In this document: positions 41,301 through 52,441 of the stretch, piece after piece
Layout: every line of letters starts with the position of its first letter
How positions within the stretch are numbered: the stretch's first letter is position 1
Source of the DNA: Atractiella rhizophila
Taxonomy: Eukaryota
Assembly (NCBI GenBank): GCA_021432655.1
Contig: MU271320.1
Location: 40,928-93,447, forward strand
Direction of reading: 5' to 3'
DNA length: 52,520 bases
The notes under the pieces: generated by a model
The model's database searches: none
What the model saw: only the letters and a program-made list of their open reading frames with translations
Told to the model about the DNA's origin: nothing
Made by a program: the position numbers and the translations under genes

Positions 41301-41331
41301 GATAGAGAGAGGCGTGGCGATTTTTGTTTGA
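26384..41331 (+). CDS. DYN1: Cytoplasmic dynein 1 heavy chain, single unsplit gene
   Basis: Tail ([11 protein letters not shown]), linker, four P-loops ([32 protein letters not shown]), stalk/MTBD, AAA5-6 ([18 protein letters not shown]) and a C-terminal ERGVAIFV*. Confidence 0.97.
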
Positions 41332-41550
41332 TGGATTCCACTTTTCATGTTTATTTGGTTTGGTTATCACGTTTTGTTTCGCATTTTTAACGGGGTCATT
41401 TTGATTAATGTATGATGAAATGAACATATTCCGTTTACACGAGCACTCAAGCAGTAACTTGATCACTCACGTACAGTCACAGATGGAAGTATAGACGCAT
41501 CCCTGCGACTTTATTTGCGACGTCTGTTTGACAAAACAGGGTAGGCGAGA

Positions 41551-42543
41551 TCATCCACGAAACCATACCCTCCACCAACCGAGGTAGCCGCTCAAGCCCA
41601 ACGCCTCCACTACAGTGATGGCCACTGCTGTTTTGGCTTGTAGCGATCCATTCCAGCAGTAAAACGAGAGTACTGAGCCAGAAGCGATAACTGATGCCCA
41701 CAACAGAGCTCCACATCGCATCGCATATGTCCTTCCGTTGATGAAGTCATCTTTGTCGTTTAATCGCGGAAAGGGTACATCTGGGACCGGAACGTCAAGG
41801 AAAGTGCAGAGTGGTTCCCAACCTTCGGAGATTGAGTATACGAGGAGATTTTCTTTCGGTATTGCGAGCGAAAGAATATGGTTTTTGTAAGCAGAAATTG
41901 ACGAGGGTGTCATCCAATAGTTGAGCGCTGGACCGGGAGACCGCGTTCGAGTGATTGAGAGTATTAATTTGACCTGATAATAAAGGCTGTAGGAAGGATG
42001 AGTCTCAGGATTTGTGAAAGACAACCAGACTCACTTCGGGAACCAAAATGTCAGCAGTGTCCACAATGGCATGTTAATCATCATCCATCCGATCGTCTCA
42101 TTAAAGCTTTTTCTCCACTTATCCTCGTCCCTCGTCATCAAGATGACTTTCACCTTTTCCATACCTCGAGCCTTCACGATCCACTCCACCGAACTCGCGG
42201 TAGGCTCATCAACCGCACTTCCATATCCCCTATAAAGGTCTGCGAACCCATCGACGTCGCGCCCATTCGAGTCTCTGATCGCGTCGTGCACTCTGATGAA
42301 GTCACGCGAACGTCGCCAGTCCCTCGTACAAACAGCCATATGATGGCACGGTCCGAAGCCTAGAATCTCCAGGGCCACCTTCAGTGAAGAAGTCCCTGAC
42401 CGCGGTGGAGTCGCGCCAATGACACGAAGAGTGGAAGGAGACGCGGCATGATCGTATGGAGGAACTTGTTCTGGCTCTGCCAGAGGAGTCCAAAACCGGT
42501 ATGGGGCTGCTGGCACCATTGATGAACAAGCAGTCAAAGGCAT
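41551..42543 (-). CDS. P-loop sulfotransferase-like protein (Sulfotransfer_4-type) with C-terminal hydrophobic segments, 2 exons
   Basis: RVIGATPPRSGTSSLKVALEILGFGPCHHM and EGWEPLCTFLDVPVPDVPFPRLND. A GT-AG intron near 41988-42035 joins the two ORFs. Confidence 0.85.
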
Positions 42544-43035
42544 GTTTCTGCCCCAGATTCAGGCATAACTCAAGGCAGCCTCTGGCTTATAATGACGAAT
42601 TTCAACAACGGCCTTCGGATACGGAAATAGAGGCGAAAGACTAGGACTACATGGATTCAGAGCGCTCTGCTACAGGGAAGAAGAGCTGCGACCGATGCCC
42701 ATTGTAAACTAAACAAAACTGGAACCTGCAAAGGTAGGGACTGGCCGAAGGAGCATCAAGGATTTTGATGGCGACGGAGTATCAGAGGCGAGAATACGGA
42801 GAGCAAGACTCAGAGTTTGTAGAGTGACTGACAATTTACAAACTCCCAAGTCCAAACAGGATCGCTAAACAATAATTTCTCACCGCTCAATTTCCTTTTT
42901 TACGGAATATAATGTCACCCGTATTTTGACATTCCTTCTCTCTCTGTGCCAGTGCTCTTTAGCAATCCAGACATTATTTTGTGGTACTGCAACGTTGACT
43001 GACCCCTTGACTGTATAAATAAATGGATGAAGTTA

Positions 43036-43144
43036 GACCAAATTTTCGCCCGCTACGTCGAATGTTTCGGCTGTTACGTCCGAATTTTGGTCCAAAATGC
43101 AGCCGTAACTACGGGGACGGCTGTAGTCACAGCTGTAGTCAGCC
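43036..43144. repeat. Nested direct and inverted repeat cluster, candidate transposon left (sub)terminus
   Basis: GACCAAA...TTTGGTC inverted pair enclosing two copies of TTTCGnCnGnTACGTC(C)GAAT, then a CAGCCGT/ACGGCTG inverted pair and GCTGTAGTCA twice. Confidence 0.6.
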
Positions 43145-43858
43145 ATCGAGCTGAGATCAATCATCTAAGAGAATCTGGCAGTGGAGGAACATGCGTCGCA
43201 ACATATGGCATCAAATGTATGTCTTCTATTACTTCTTTCCCTTCCCTCTCGTTGTAGCGCACACCCATCGAAATCCATAATAATTACCTTCGTCTTTGCC
43301 AGGATCCAAAGACAGCGCCGTCCTCACTGACTGGAGCAACTCTCGTACAAGCTAACATCTTCCATTTTTGCCAGTGTCCGCGTCCTTCGACCCACTCTGT
43401 GATTCCTCACTCCGCTTGCTCGCCATTCTGTTCGCCCTTCTGTCCTCCACCACATTCCTGTCCTGCTGTTATGGTTCCGGTTTGGCTCTCCTCTCTTGCG
43501 CCACAGTTCAACTCTCTTTCCTTTCTCCCCGGCTCAAATTGCTCCGAAACTGTTCGGATTGGGACATCGATTGATCCTTTGTCCTGCTCGCAAAGTGATC
43601 CATGTTCTCCATAACCAACTGGCATACTCCACGAGCTCCGAACTGAACATCACGGCACTCGTACACAGCAGAGCAAAAGAGGAGGACACCGAATGGTATA
43701 TCTCATCCTTTCTACTAATGCTGATATTGTGTGCCTGACCTTGTTATCTGACCTTATTTCCTTCCTGATTCAGATGTCGGTGACAGGGCAAGTGTTCTTG
43801 AGATCAGCCAGCCCAAACTTCCCGAAATATCTTATTGTCACACGGTCATCAGAATACA

Positions 43859-44203
43859 GCATTCGATATTGAAGACCTTCTTTACGGTTTTAAAGCTTTG
43901 ACATTGAATCGAATTTCTAGTCCCAACAGTTGGCGACAGGCGGCAACGTCCTCGAGATCCGGTGCGTGAGGTGTAAGACCATTCACCAAGTCACCACTAA
44001 TCAGATTTGTGCTACAGTGACCGTGGCTGAAGTCTTAGAGTTTCAGCTTCAGAAGATGGCCGACCCCAAACCTGCCTCCACCTCTTCAGGTTCTATGTTA
44101 CCAAATGAATTTCTCTGTCCAACCATGCTGGTACGTTTCCTCTTCGCCTAGCTTCAGTTGCACTTATTGAGCGCATGCTCAGCAAGGGATAGCTGATTGC
44201 TGA
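43859..44203 (+). CDS. Small spliced orphan ORF (partial model; 5' exons unresolved)
   Basis: FDIEDLLYGFKALTLN...SSRS joins in frame, via a GTGCGT...CTAAT...ACAG intron (43962-44017), to VTVAEVLEFQLQKMADP...PTML. Another intron then leads to QGIADC*. Confidence 0.3.
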
Positions 44204-44521
44204 TTAAATATACGCTAACGTTCGTCCTCCTCATTTCAAATAAATAGCAAGCCTGATGTCACAATGTAGCTCACTGACTGTTTTGTGCAATGATCATTAC
44301 GCTTCCAATCAGCCTACCTCTTGCTCGCGCACATTTTCCACCTTGTGAGAACATTGTGGAACTTGACTACATTGAGCTTCACAGCTTAATTAAGTTGGAG
44401 CTGTTGTGGTGAATGAGTGAAACACTCACTGTTCCAGAAGCAATGATGCCAATCACATTGACACATATATGGCTTGGTTCTCTCCCAAGCTGTACTTTTC
44501 TCCCATTCAGCGTGCGCTATT

Positions 44522-47500
44522 ATGTCCCTCAGATCTTTAGAAACTTTCATTACTAAACGGAATGTTCAACAGCATGACATTCCCAATACAACGCCAACTG
44601 TTGAATTACCAAACCACTCTACATTCCCATCAGCTCGCCTTTTTGCCACCAGACCAAGCAGCTTGTTCAACTCCTCTACGGTCCGCGATCCAGCAGCTTC
44701 TGCACAGGAATCGAATAAACCAAGGCACTCGTTACTTGACCGCCTATTCGCTAGAGTTCAAACAAAAAGTCCACCTCAACCTTTAGACCTCAACACGCTC
44801 TCTGCTGTTCGCACGAATTCCTTCCTCTCGCGGCTTGAAGCTCTTACTCGACAACAGCCAAAGATGTCTCGGCCGCTTTTAATCAAGGATGTCCTTTCGT
44901 CAGAGGAGGTATTAAACTCCACCTCTTTCTTCGCAGATTACCTTCATCTTTCCGAGGCACAAATGGAGGAAGTTGATGCACTTTGGAGGAGAATGCTCCG
45001 TGGAGAAGTGGGATACCGTCGCTTTGATAGATATACGTTTGTTATTCAAGCCACCGAAAAACGCCAAACTGAAAAGGCAAGATCCTTCCACTTAATAGTG
45101 CATCATGCTGCTTAACAGATGTTTACTCAGGCTCGTTGCAATTATTTCCAAATCAAAGTTGGGTACAATTCCTTTCCGGAGGACCTTCTCAGTCAGTGCA
45201 CTATTGACACCCAACGTTTTGCAGCCGCCTGCAATTGCCTCGAATATGGTCGCAATGCAAGTGGATCTCATTACTGCCCTCATGTCGGTGTGGTCGTGAA
45301 GTATATCTTTGACGCAACGGGGGGAGAGGACCCTCCAACATTTCATGGTCTGTATTTTCTTCTTTATCGCTACGGTCAAGGCTCAGTTTTACGCATAGCT
45401 GAAACCCCACGCATTCGATTTGTTCATTATCAGCTCGAACCTCCTATGCTCACCTTTGCTATGCGCCGTGCTTTAGATAGCACGAAGAATGTTTCCGGAA
45501 AGCTTTGTTTCGTTTCCGGTTTAGGACCTGGATTGTGGAGGTGCAGCAGCTGTTCTGGAGCCAACTTTGCACGATGTCCGCACATTCAGCCTGCCATCCA
45601 GCTCACTTCTAGATTTCTTGTTGAAGATGAACAAAAGGACGAAGTTTATCAGCTAGCTGACTTGGTTCTTAGCTCTCCCGGAACGTTTGATGCGACAGAT
45701 ACGAAGGGATTTCACTTTGACATTTCCTCCACGATCGAGGCCCCCCGATCCTGCCGGCGCCTCCCAGCCAGCGTTTCTCTGACCAGAATCCCTCCAGCTC
45801 CTTGGATTGCTTTGCCAGAAGACACTAACAAGTACCCGCGGCCAGAATTTTTCACTCCGACTTTGCTGCCCAGCCACTTTCCATATGACAGTGATGGTTG
45901 CTGTTGTGTTGACAGTTGTCGAGCAAGAGGCAGCGATTTGCCTTTTTTATCCGCTCTTTCTCAAACTGAGTTATCCGAAGCAATTTTATTTACCACATTA
46001 GGAGCTCGCAAAGTCACAATTGGAACAAGACGCTGTGTATCCAAGAATTGCACGAAAGGCAGCATAGGACCAGATCAGGTTGCTTATTGCATTCTGAATT
46101 ACAATAACAAATTCTTATTCACTCACGAACTTCTAGTTTCATTCCTTCTTGCCTCTCGCCAATCTATGACGATTAATGGCGAGTACTGGAAAATGCAGAG
46201 CATCTACAAAAACCATGCGTCGCCTTTTGACCTTCCCAGTTTTCCGGTCATTCTTGCAGCCTACTATCGCTACTTGGACCTCCTTGATTTTAACGAACGC
46301 TTTCATTGTCCACTCTGTCCAAACGATAGCTATAAGGTCGTGGGAGGCGATGGCAAAATGTCTGGTTCCTACAAAGATCTATTCACAGCTGAACTTCAAC
46401 CACCGAGCAAACCAAATCCAGACTTTCCAGATTACACCAGGCTACCACCAACTAACATTCGCATCTGTTTACCTTGGATTTCTCTGTCGAATCACCTGAA
46501 AGCACTATTAGGAAAAGAAGCTGCTCAACTTCGAATTCCCATCAAAGCTGAAGACTGGAAATCTTTAGCTAATGCACTTCTCGACAGCTTGAAGCAGAGG
46601 AAGGCATCCACTTTAAACCTGCCTGTTATCACACTACCTTGCCTTGATTCCCGCCTCGTCCAAGCCATAGCTCCTAGGGTTAGGAAGGTAGAGAAGATGC
46701 AGGACGTGTCAGAAGGAGCAAGACAAACCAAGACACGGAGTACAAAACAAGATCTCATTTACGATCAGGATCAGAACAATCCTGAAGATGCAGACCGTTT
46801 GTCATTCGGACAAATCAAGGGTCCAGACATGGACTCCCTGTGGCTTGCTCTTCATGGGTTGACAGCAATGGCAATTATCATGTCAATGGACCCTACAATT
46901 GATGGCACGATTTTTGTGAACCCAGTTCGTGCATTCCAAGCCAAACTTCGCATCCTTCTTGAAATCCTGACCTCTCCCGATTGGATCACACAAGTGGTCG
47001 CCGATGATCTATTACCTTGTCTGCAGGCTCTCACTAACGAACAACTGCAAGACCCAACATTGTCTAGCAAAAAAAGCTGGCTATTAATACTCCGGATCAA
47101 GCAACAGTTTCCATCTTACGGCGATATTCTAGAACACGCGAAGCTAGCTGAAGAGGCTACGATCAAGAAGAGCATTCCAGCCTTTGCGTCTTTGGCTGCT
47201 TTTTTTGTTTCCAGGCTTCAATCTTTTCAAAATTATCTTGAGAATTGCAAGGATGACCAGACCCGAAGATTTCCTCGCCTCCCTCAGCTTTTACCTTGCT
47301 CTACCACACAAACTTCAGTAGTTGGACCGCTATATGAGCCGGATGGACCTGATGGACCTTACCACACTCAACTTTTTGAGACAGCCCAGCCTAATCCAAT
47401 CTACAGTGGATACGAGTACTTTTTGCCTAAAATTCGTGAACGCCCTTTCTATGCCAACTTTATCAACGATGGTCAGCAAGATTCTCCCAGCGACAACTTA

Positions 47501-48046
47501 GGAGCAGGTTGTCCATCTAAAGAGTTTGACAAGGAAACCAAAAAGAAGCGAGATAGGACTGGCGGTGTCTTCATCTTATGGTGCTTGCTCCACGGTTTCT
47601 GCCTAGGATTTCATCTTATCCCCAACCATGAGGGAAGAAATGACTTTTTCTCTGTTCTGTTCTGCCATTTCCTCATCGCTCCCGACATCATCGTCTACGA
47701 TTATGCGTGTCAGCTGCATCGGTATTGCATGGCCAGGGAGTATCAATTTTTTCGGAAGAGTCTTTTTTTAACCGATGAGCTCCATGGAATCAACCACGTT
47801 TCCTGCTCCGCTGCGACATTGCTAGCTCATTACATGGCCACTAATCCATCATATTATGCTATACGCAGCTCTCTCTGTGAGGTAGGAAACTTGACTGTCA
47901 AAAAGATCGAAAAATCTCTGTCTTTCATGCATCAAGAACAAGCCAATCGCTATCTTCGCATTCATCTCTTGATTCACAATCGAATTTTATTACTTCGTTC
48001 TCGTGGAGCCAGTCACTTCCCACCTGCGACTGGTCTAGGATCATGA
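44522..48046 (+). CDS. KDZ-superfamily DDE transposase (SWIM fingers, CxC4-like cluster, KDZ RNase H-like core; HMGXB3-related type), about 1160 aa
   Basis: SWIM-like CNC..CPH and CSSC..CPH; CxC4-like C..C..IGPD..LNYNNKFLFTHELL; CPLC..VVGGDG; TGGVFILWC.HGFCLGFH.IP..EGRNDFFS; IIVYDYACQLHRYCMARE; TDELHGINHVSC; SSLCEVGN. The upstream ORF is joined by a predicted GC-AG intron at 45077-45118. Confidence 0.88.
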
Positions 48047-48138
48047 TGTATTACGATGTAAATTTACATTCTGATCAATGAATACGATGTACAAATCAAG
48101 AGAAGAAGAAATATAAGAACATGTACTGCCGTAAGTAA

Positions 48139-49197
48139 TCAGGGCGATTCCTGACTAGAGCCTGGCGCGTCAGGACCGGTGCGCAATTGATCTTGGTTCA
48201 TAACAACCTGTATCAACCTCAGTACTAGGTATGGTCTAGAAGAAAGGAAGTTACTCACTTCCTCCCAATTTGTAAGCTTAGCTCGCATCGCACTACTGGC
48301 TGCTACCGCTTCATCTGCATTTTTAGCCCAATATGCAGACGCTTTCTGAGCGACATAACCTTTGATAAGGTTCTTGAACATTGGGAACTCCTCATCCGAA
48401 GTGAACACAGAGGAAGCTGTGATGGTAATGGCATTTTGTACGATTTCGCGTAGTTCAGCGTCTGTTAGCACCCTGGCATCACGAAGAGCAGGAGGAGGAT
48501 CGGCGCTGGGAATGTAACAATTTACGTGAGTATAGGTTTGGGCTTAAAGAGAGGAGAGGACTTACGGAAATGCAACAACCAGCATATTCCCATTTGACGT
48601 ATGCTCATACTTGGGCAACTGAAATCAAACATTCTTAGTGTAAACATCAAAATGAAGGAGTATAGTCCACACCTTACTCTGCAAGCTTGCCATTGTACGG
48701 TTGAAAGAGCGATCTCTTTCTCCAGGAGTTGAGAATGGTTGTTCTCTTTTTCTCTTGCGTGGAGTCGATGCCGGAGATGCGGGTGGTGTCACAGCAGAAC
48801 CAGAGGAAAGAAATGGATCGATGAGATTATTTTCCCATTTAATGACAGCAAGACGAGATGGAGAGACATAGTCTGCGTCGTAAGGATCTTCTCCAGCTTC
48901 TAATCGCACTATTACTGCCTTCAGATCGTTGCGAAATCTTTCCGCCCCAGAACAATTGTGATGGCGGCCCTTCTCTAAAACACCCAGGTAGACCCAACAA
49001 GCAGAGCATTTGTAAGTCGCTTCGAATGCTTGGGCTTGGAGGAAGGGAATAGGAGGTTCTACTCGGTTCGTATAGGCTGGAAGGAGGTGTTGCCATTGTT
49101 TTGCTAGCATAGTGAGTTTGACAGACTCAATCTGCTGTAGATTTGGATAAGCTGCCCCTATAGCTTGCCCTGGCAGAGTGGTGGAGGAGGACGGCAT
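48139..49197 (-). CDS. Orphan putative nuclear protein with CxxC...H..C zinc-ligand motif and NLS-like PRKRKR (4 exons)
   Basis: Exons join in frame through GT-AG introns (...LQSK|LPKYEH...VAFP|ADPPP...VLTDAELRE...NWEE|VVMNQ...). The motif is YKCSACWVYLGVLEKGRHHNC. Confidence 0.65.
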
Positions 49198-49506
49198 ATC
49201 AAATGATTATACAAGACGTGCAAGAAGTGAAGCCTCAGTGTAAGAAGCTAGAAGTCAAACTGTCAGAATAAGTCATTATCAGGAGAGAATAACGTACAAG
49301 TTGCCAAAACAACGTTACACCACACAGCTAATTGAAGGTAGGGGAATCTTGGGGTAGTTGGCTTTGTTGGTAGCAGGGAGCAATTCTGCGGGAAGGGTTG
49401 CGGATCCGAAGTTGCAAAATAGGGGAAAAGATCATAATCTACCGCTCTAATCCTGCCGATATAAAAGACATCTGATCTTTATATTTCGCTTTACAGGATC
49501 CCTGTC

Positions 49507-50905
49507 ATGGCTGTCCCATTCGATATTCGCAAACATGACATTTCATCCACATTAGGGAGTACCATTTTTTTCAGCTACGAGAAAGAAGATGGAAACACTT
49601 TCATCTGCCGCAGGAAGGTTACAGGATACGAATCGTATAGCAAGGTCGCGGATCTGGAGCGGGTAACTGTTAGGACATGGGACGGTTCACGGAATCTTTG
49701 GCGTGTTCTTGTCGGCAAAAGAGTTGATTATTGCCTCCACGAATTCTTCGACGATTGCGACGCCCACATCAACGACGGTTGCAGAGCAAGAAAGCATTAC
49801 AAGTCTGATCGTCATCGTGCCACGGACTGGGTGGAGGAAGGGAATCAAGGGAGGCAGCATCTTCTTCCTCTACTCCCTGAGGTGAAGAAAGCAAGGAATA
49901 CTGCTGCTAAAAGAGAGTGCGTTTAATGTCTCCTGTAATAAAACGCGTACTCAATATGTATATTTTAACAGATCTCGGGCACGACAAAAGAACAACTGCA
50001 AAAAAATCGAAGACGATGTCTACGCTTCAGATGAAGACGAAGGAGGTGATTTTGCCGGCCCTCTTCCCTCTGCCATTCTTGCGCGCCAGATCTTTGATTC
50101 GGAGGAGAAACTGCAAGGCAACCAGCTCTGCCAGCTCCTCAATTCTTTTCGTAGCGACAGGAAGGCATTCGAGATAATTGCCACTAAGGCGGTCATCGAC
50201 TTTGAACCTCCTGAAGGACGTCATCGGTGGCTCCTCCTCCTTTTATTCAGAACGATCTTTTCCCCTCTGTATCAATATGTTCCAATCTCACCTCTCTCCC
50301 CTCTTCTACGTTATCCTTGGGAAGGGGGTCATGCGATTGACACAGAAAGAATGGCAGAGGACTTAGCCGTCAGCCTGCATTTTGACAAGGATAAGAAGGA
50401 GAGATTGGAGGAAGTAAAAGAGGAGCTAGATGACATGGAATATCGCTGGTTTACGGATATTCTCGATAGCAATGCGGTCCTGATCCGCAAGATGCAACGT
50501 TCATGGATGGCGTGGAACTTCCTGCTTCACCTAGATCCGCTTTCCGACTTCCCCAACGATCTTGGTCTTACTACCAGAAACACGACGGCTCTTTACGAAT
50601 CCATCTCCCAACGTGCCCCTCCTCCTCTTATCCCCCGCATCACGTCATCCAACGATCTCCAGCTCACCACGAAAGCTGAAGCTCTCCTTGCATCTCAACC
50701 GCAGCGAAATGGAGCGGTCCGGAGGAGGAACGTCACCTTACCAAAAAGGAGGAAACCGGTAAATCAACCGCATAGTCCAAAGTGTCAGTCCCCCTCCACC
50801 TCCTCATTATCCGATCTAACCGATAGCAATCCAACCTTGGCTCCTACAAAAGTATTGAGCAAGCTGCGACCAAAGGCCCATCGCATAGCAGCAGGTCACG
50901 TCTAA
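49507..50905 (+). CDS. Orphan protein with a C2H2-like zinc motif and a GCN4-like basic region lacking a zipper (about 448 aa, 2 exons)
   Basis: The intron at 49917-49971 (GTGCGT...AACAG) joins the 49507 ORF to a frame that stays open through the 50351..50905 ORF, creating KKARNTAAKRESRARQKNNCKKIEDDV. Confidence 0.7.
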
Positions 50906-51369
50906 CTGTACGAAGCAGAGGAAGGTAAGGCATTATTTATATTATTTTAGAACTTGGTAATCGTTCATATTCCTTCTCTTTCTGCGTTTATTCTCGTTTA
51001 TGTCATCTTGTCGATATGTCTTGGTCCTACACATTACACTTTCCGCTTATGGGCTTCCGCAAGGATGGAATAGTGTAGTCAGGGTATTTCACTTCTTATT
51101 ACTTGAACACATCTTGGTACATGTTGAAATAATGATCGCTCATTTTATTAATTGCAGACATAGAAGACATGACAAATCAAAATACAATAGAGAAAGATGT
51201 GATAACAGGTTCAACAAGAAAGACAGAAAGGGAAGCGAACATCAACAGGCTGGAGTACATGACCATCTGAAGGTCTGTAAGTTATAAATTTCAACATCCA
51301 ATGAGTGGGACAAAAGCTTTGTCATGAGGTTTGAGTAAGTGGATGAAACTGTCACAGGAAGAGACAACG

Positions 51370-51511
51370 GTGCTGAAAGTAGAAGACAAAACACAACGTC
51401 TTTGAGATTGGAAACACAAATCGAGTGACAAAGGAATGGTGTGCTGAAAGTAGAAGACAAAACACAACGTCTTTGAGATTGGAAACACAAATCGAGTGAC
51501 AAAAGAATGGT
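51370..51511. repeat. Tandem duplication, 2 x 71 bp with one mismatch
   Basis: The unit GTGCTGAAAGTAGAAGACAAAACACAACG...GACAAARGAATGGT starts at 51370 and again at 51441. Confidence 0.95.
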
Positions 51512-51674
51512 CTCCCACATCGAGGTCAAAAACACAGAGACAACAGAAAAAGGATGGAAGTTCGAAAGACAGAAGTAAAGGGAACGTCACAAACAAGGTA
51601 GGCAGTCCCCCTAAAAGGCAATGCAATCAAATCAGGCAGATAGTCTATTGTCAAAGGTCACCACTTATCCCATC

Positions 51675-52441
51675 CTAGCGCAAAATAGGCGTCTTGGGCG
51701 GCAGAGGTAGATCGTCCTTGACAGAGAAATGCCCACGCAATACCTTTGCGTTCTTGGGGATCGAAGGTGGCCAAATCGATTCGGCTGTGCGGTTGGCCAC
51801 GAGCCATGGTAGATGATCCTCCATCTGGACAGGCCAAAAACAGTCCCCCGGACTAAGCGAACAATCAGCAACATTGTCAAGTAGCAAAGACGGGAAGGAA
51901 GTGCCTACCCGAGGAGTCGGAGCAAGATGTAGCGGCTTTCCACAAAATCGACAATCTTGTGACAGGAATAGCTGAGCTTGGAGAGAGCTGGGCATAGGAG
52001 GAACAGAGCTTGACCTATTTGGATTCGGCGCGGCTCGTTGGAGAAACATCGGGGCACTTGGACACTGAGGGACGGTAGGTAACGGTCCTGGTGAAGAATG
52101 GAGAAGCGATGTGGGCAACCCTTTTTCCATATCAGGCCCAATGTATTAAAGTATGAGTAAAACATACCCGTCGCACGAGCATCCAATTCGCTCAACACTA
52201 TCACTTTTCCCACCTTTTTCTTCCTAGCCAAGGGACTGCCTCGATTAGTAACATTTGAGGCAGACAAGGATCTGCGCAGCTCGATCGTTGGGAATGGAGA
52301 GGCTGAAGCAGAAGAAGAGGCAGGGCAGTATGACCGTTGTGAGCGCAAAGACCGTTTCTCCACTTGTCGCAGTAGAGCCTCTCGACGTTGTCGAAGCTCC
52401 GAACGGGAGGGGGTAGAAGGGGGACTATTCAGTGTAACCAT
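51675..52441 (-). CDS. Orphan Ser/Pro-rich basic protein with CRFC...H...C motif (2 exons; start may lie further upstream)
   Basis: The intron at 52121-52167 (GTATGT...CTGAT...AAG) joins ...LDARATG to LPTSLL... in frame. Contains RKKK and DCRFCGKPLH. Confidence 0.55.

Noticed and set aside
42025..42035. Apparent premature stop splitting the sulfotransferase-like gene, and similar ORF breaks in ACC1 and dynein
   Set aside because: All are explained by canonical introns and are not pseudogenisation.
49336..49400. G-run cluster (possible G-quadruplex) in the divergent cargo promoter
   Set aside because: The loops are long and irregular, so support is weak.
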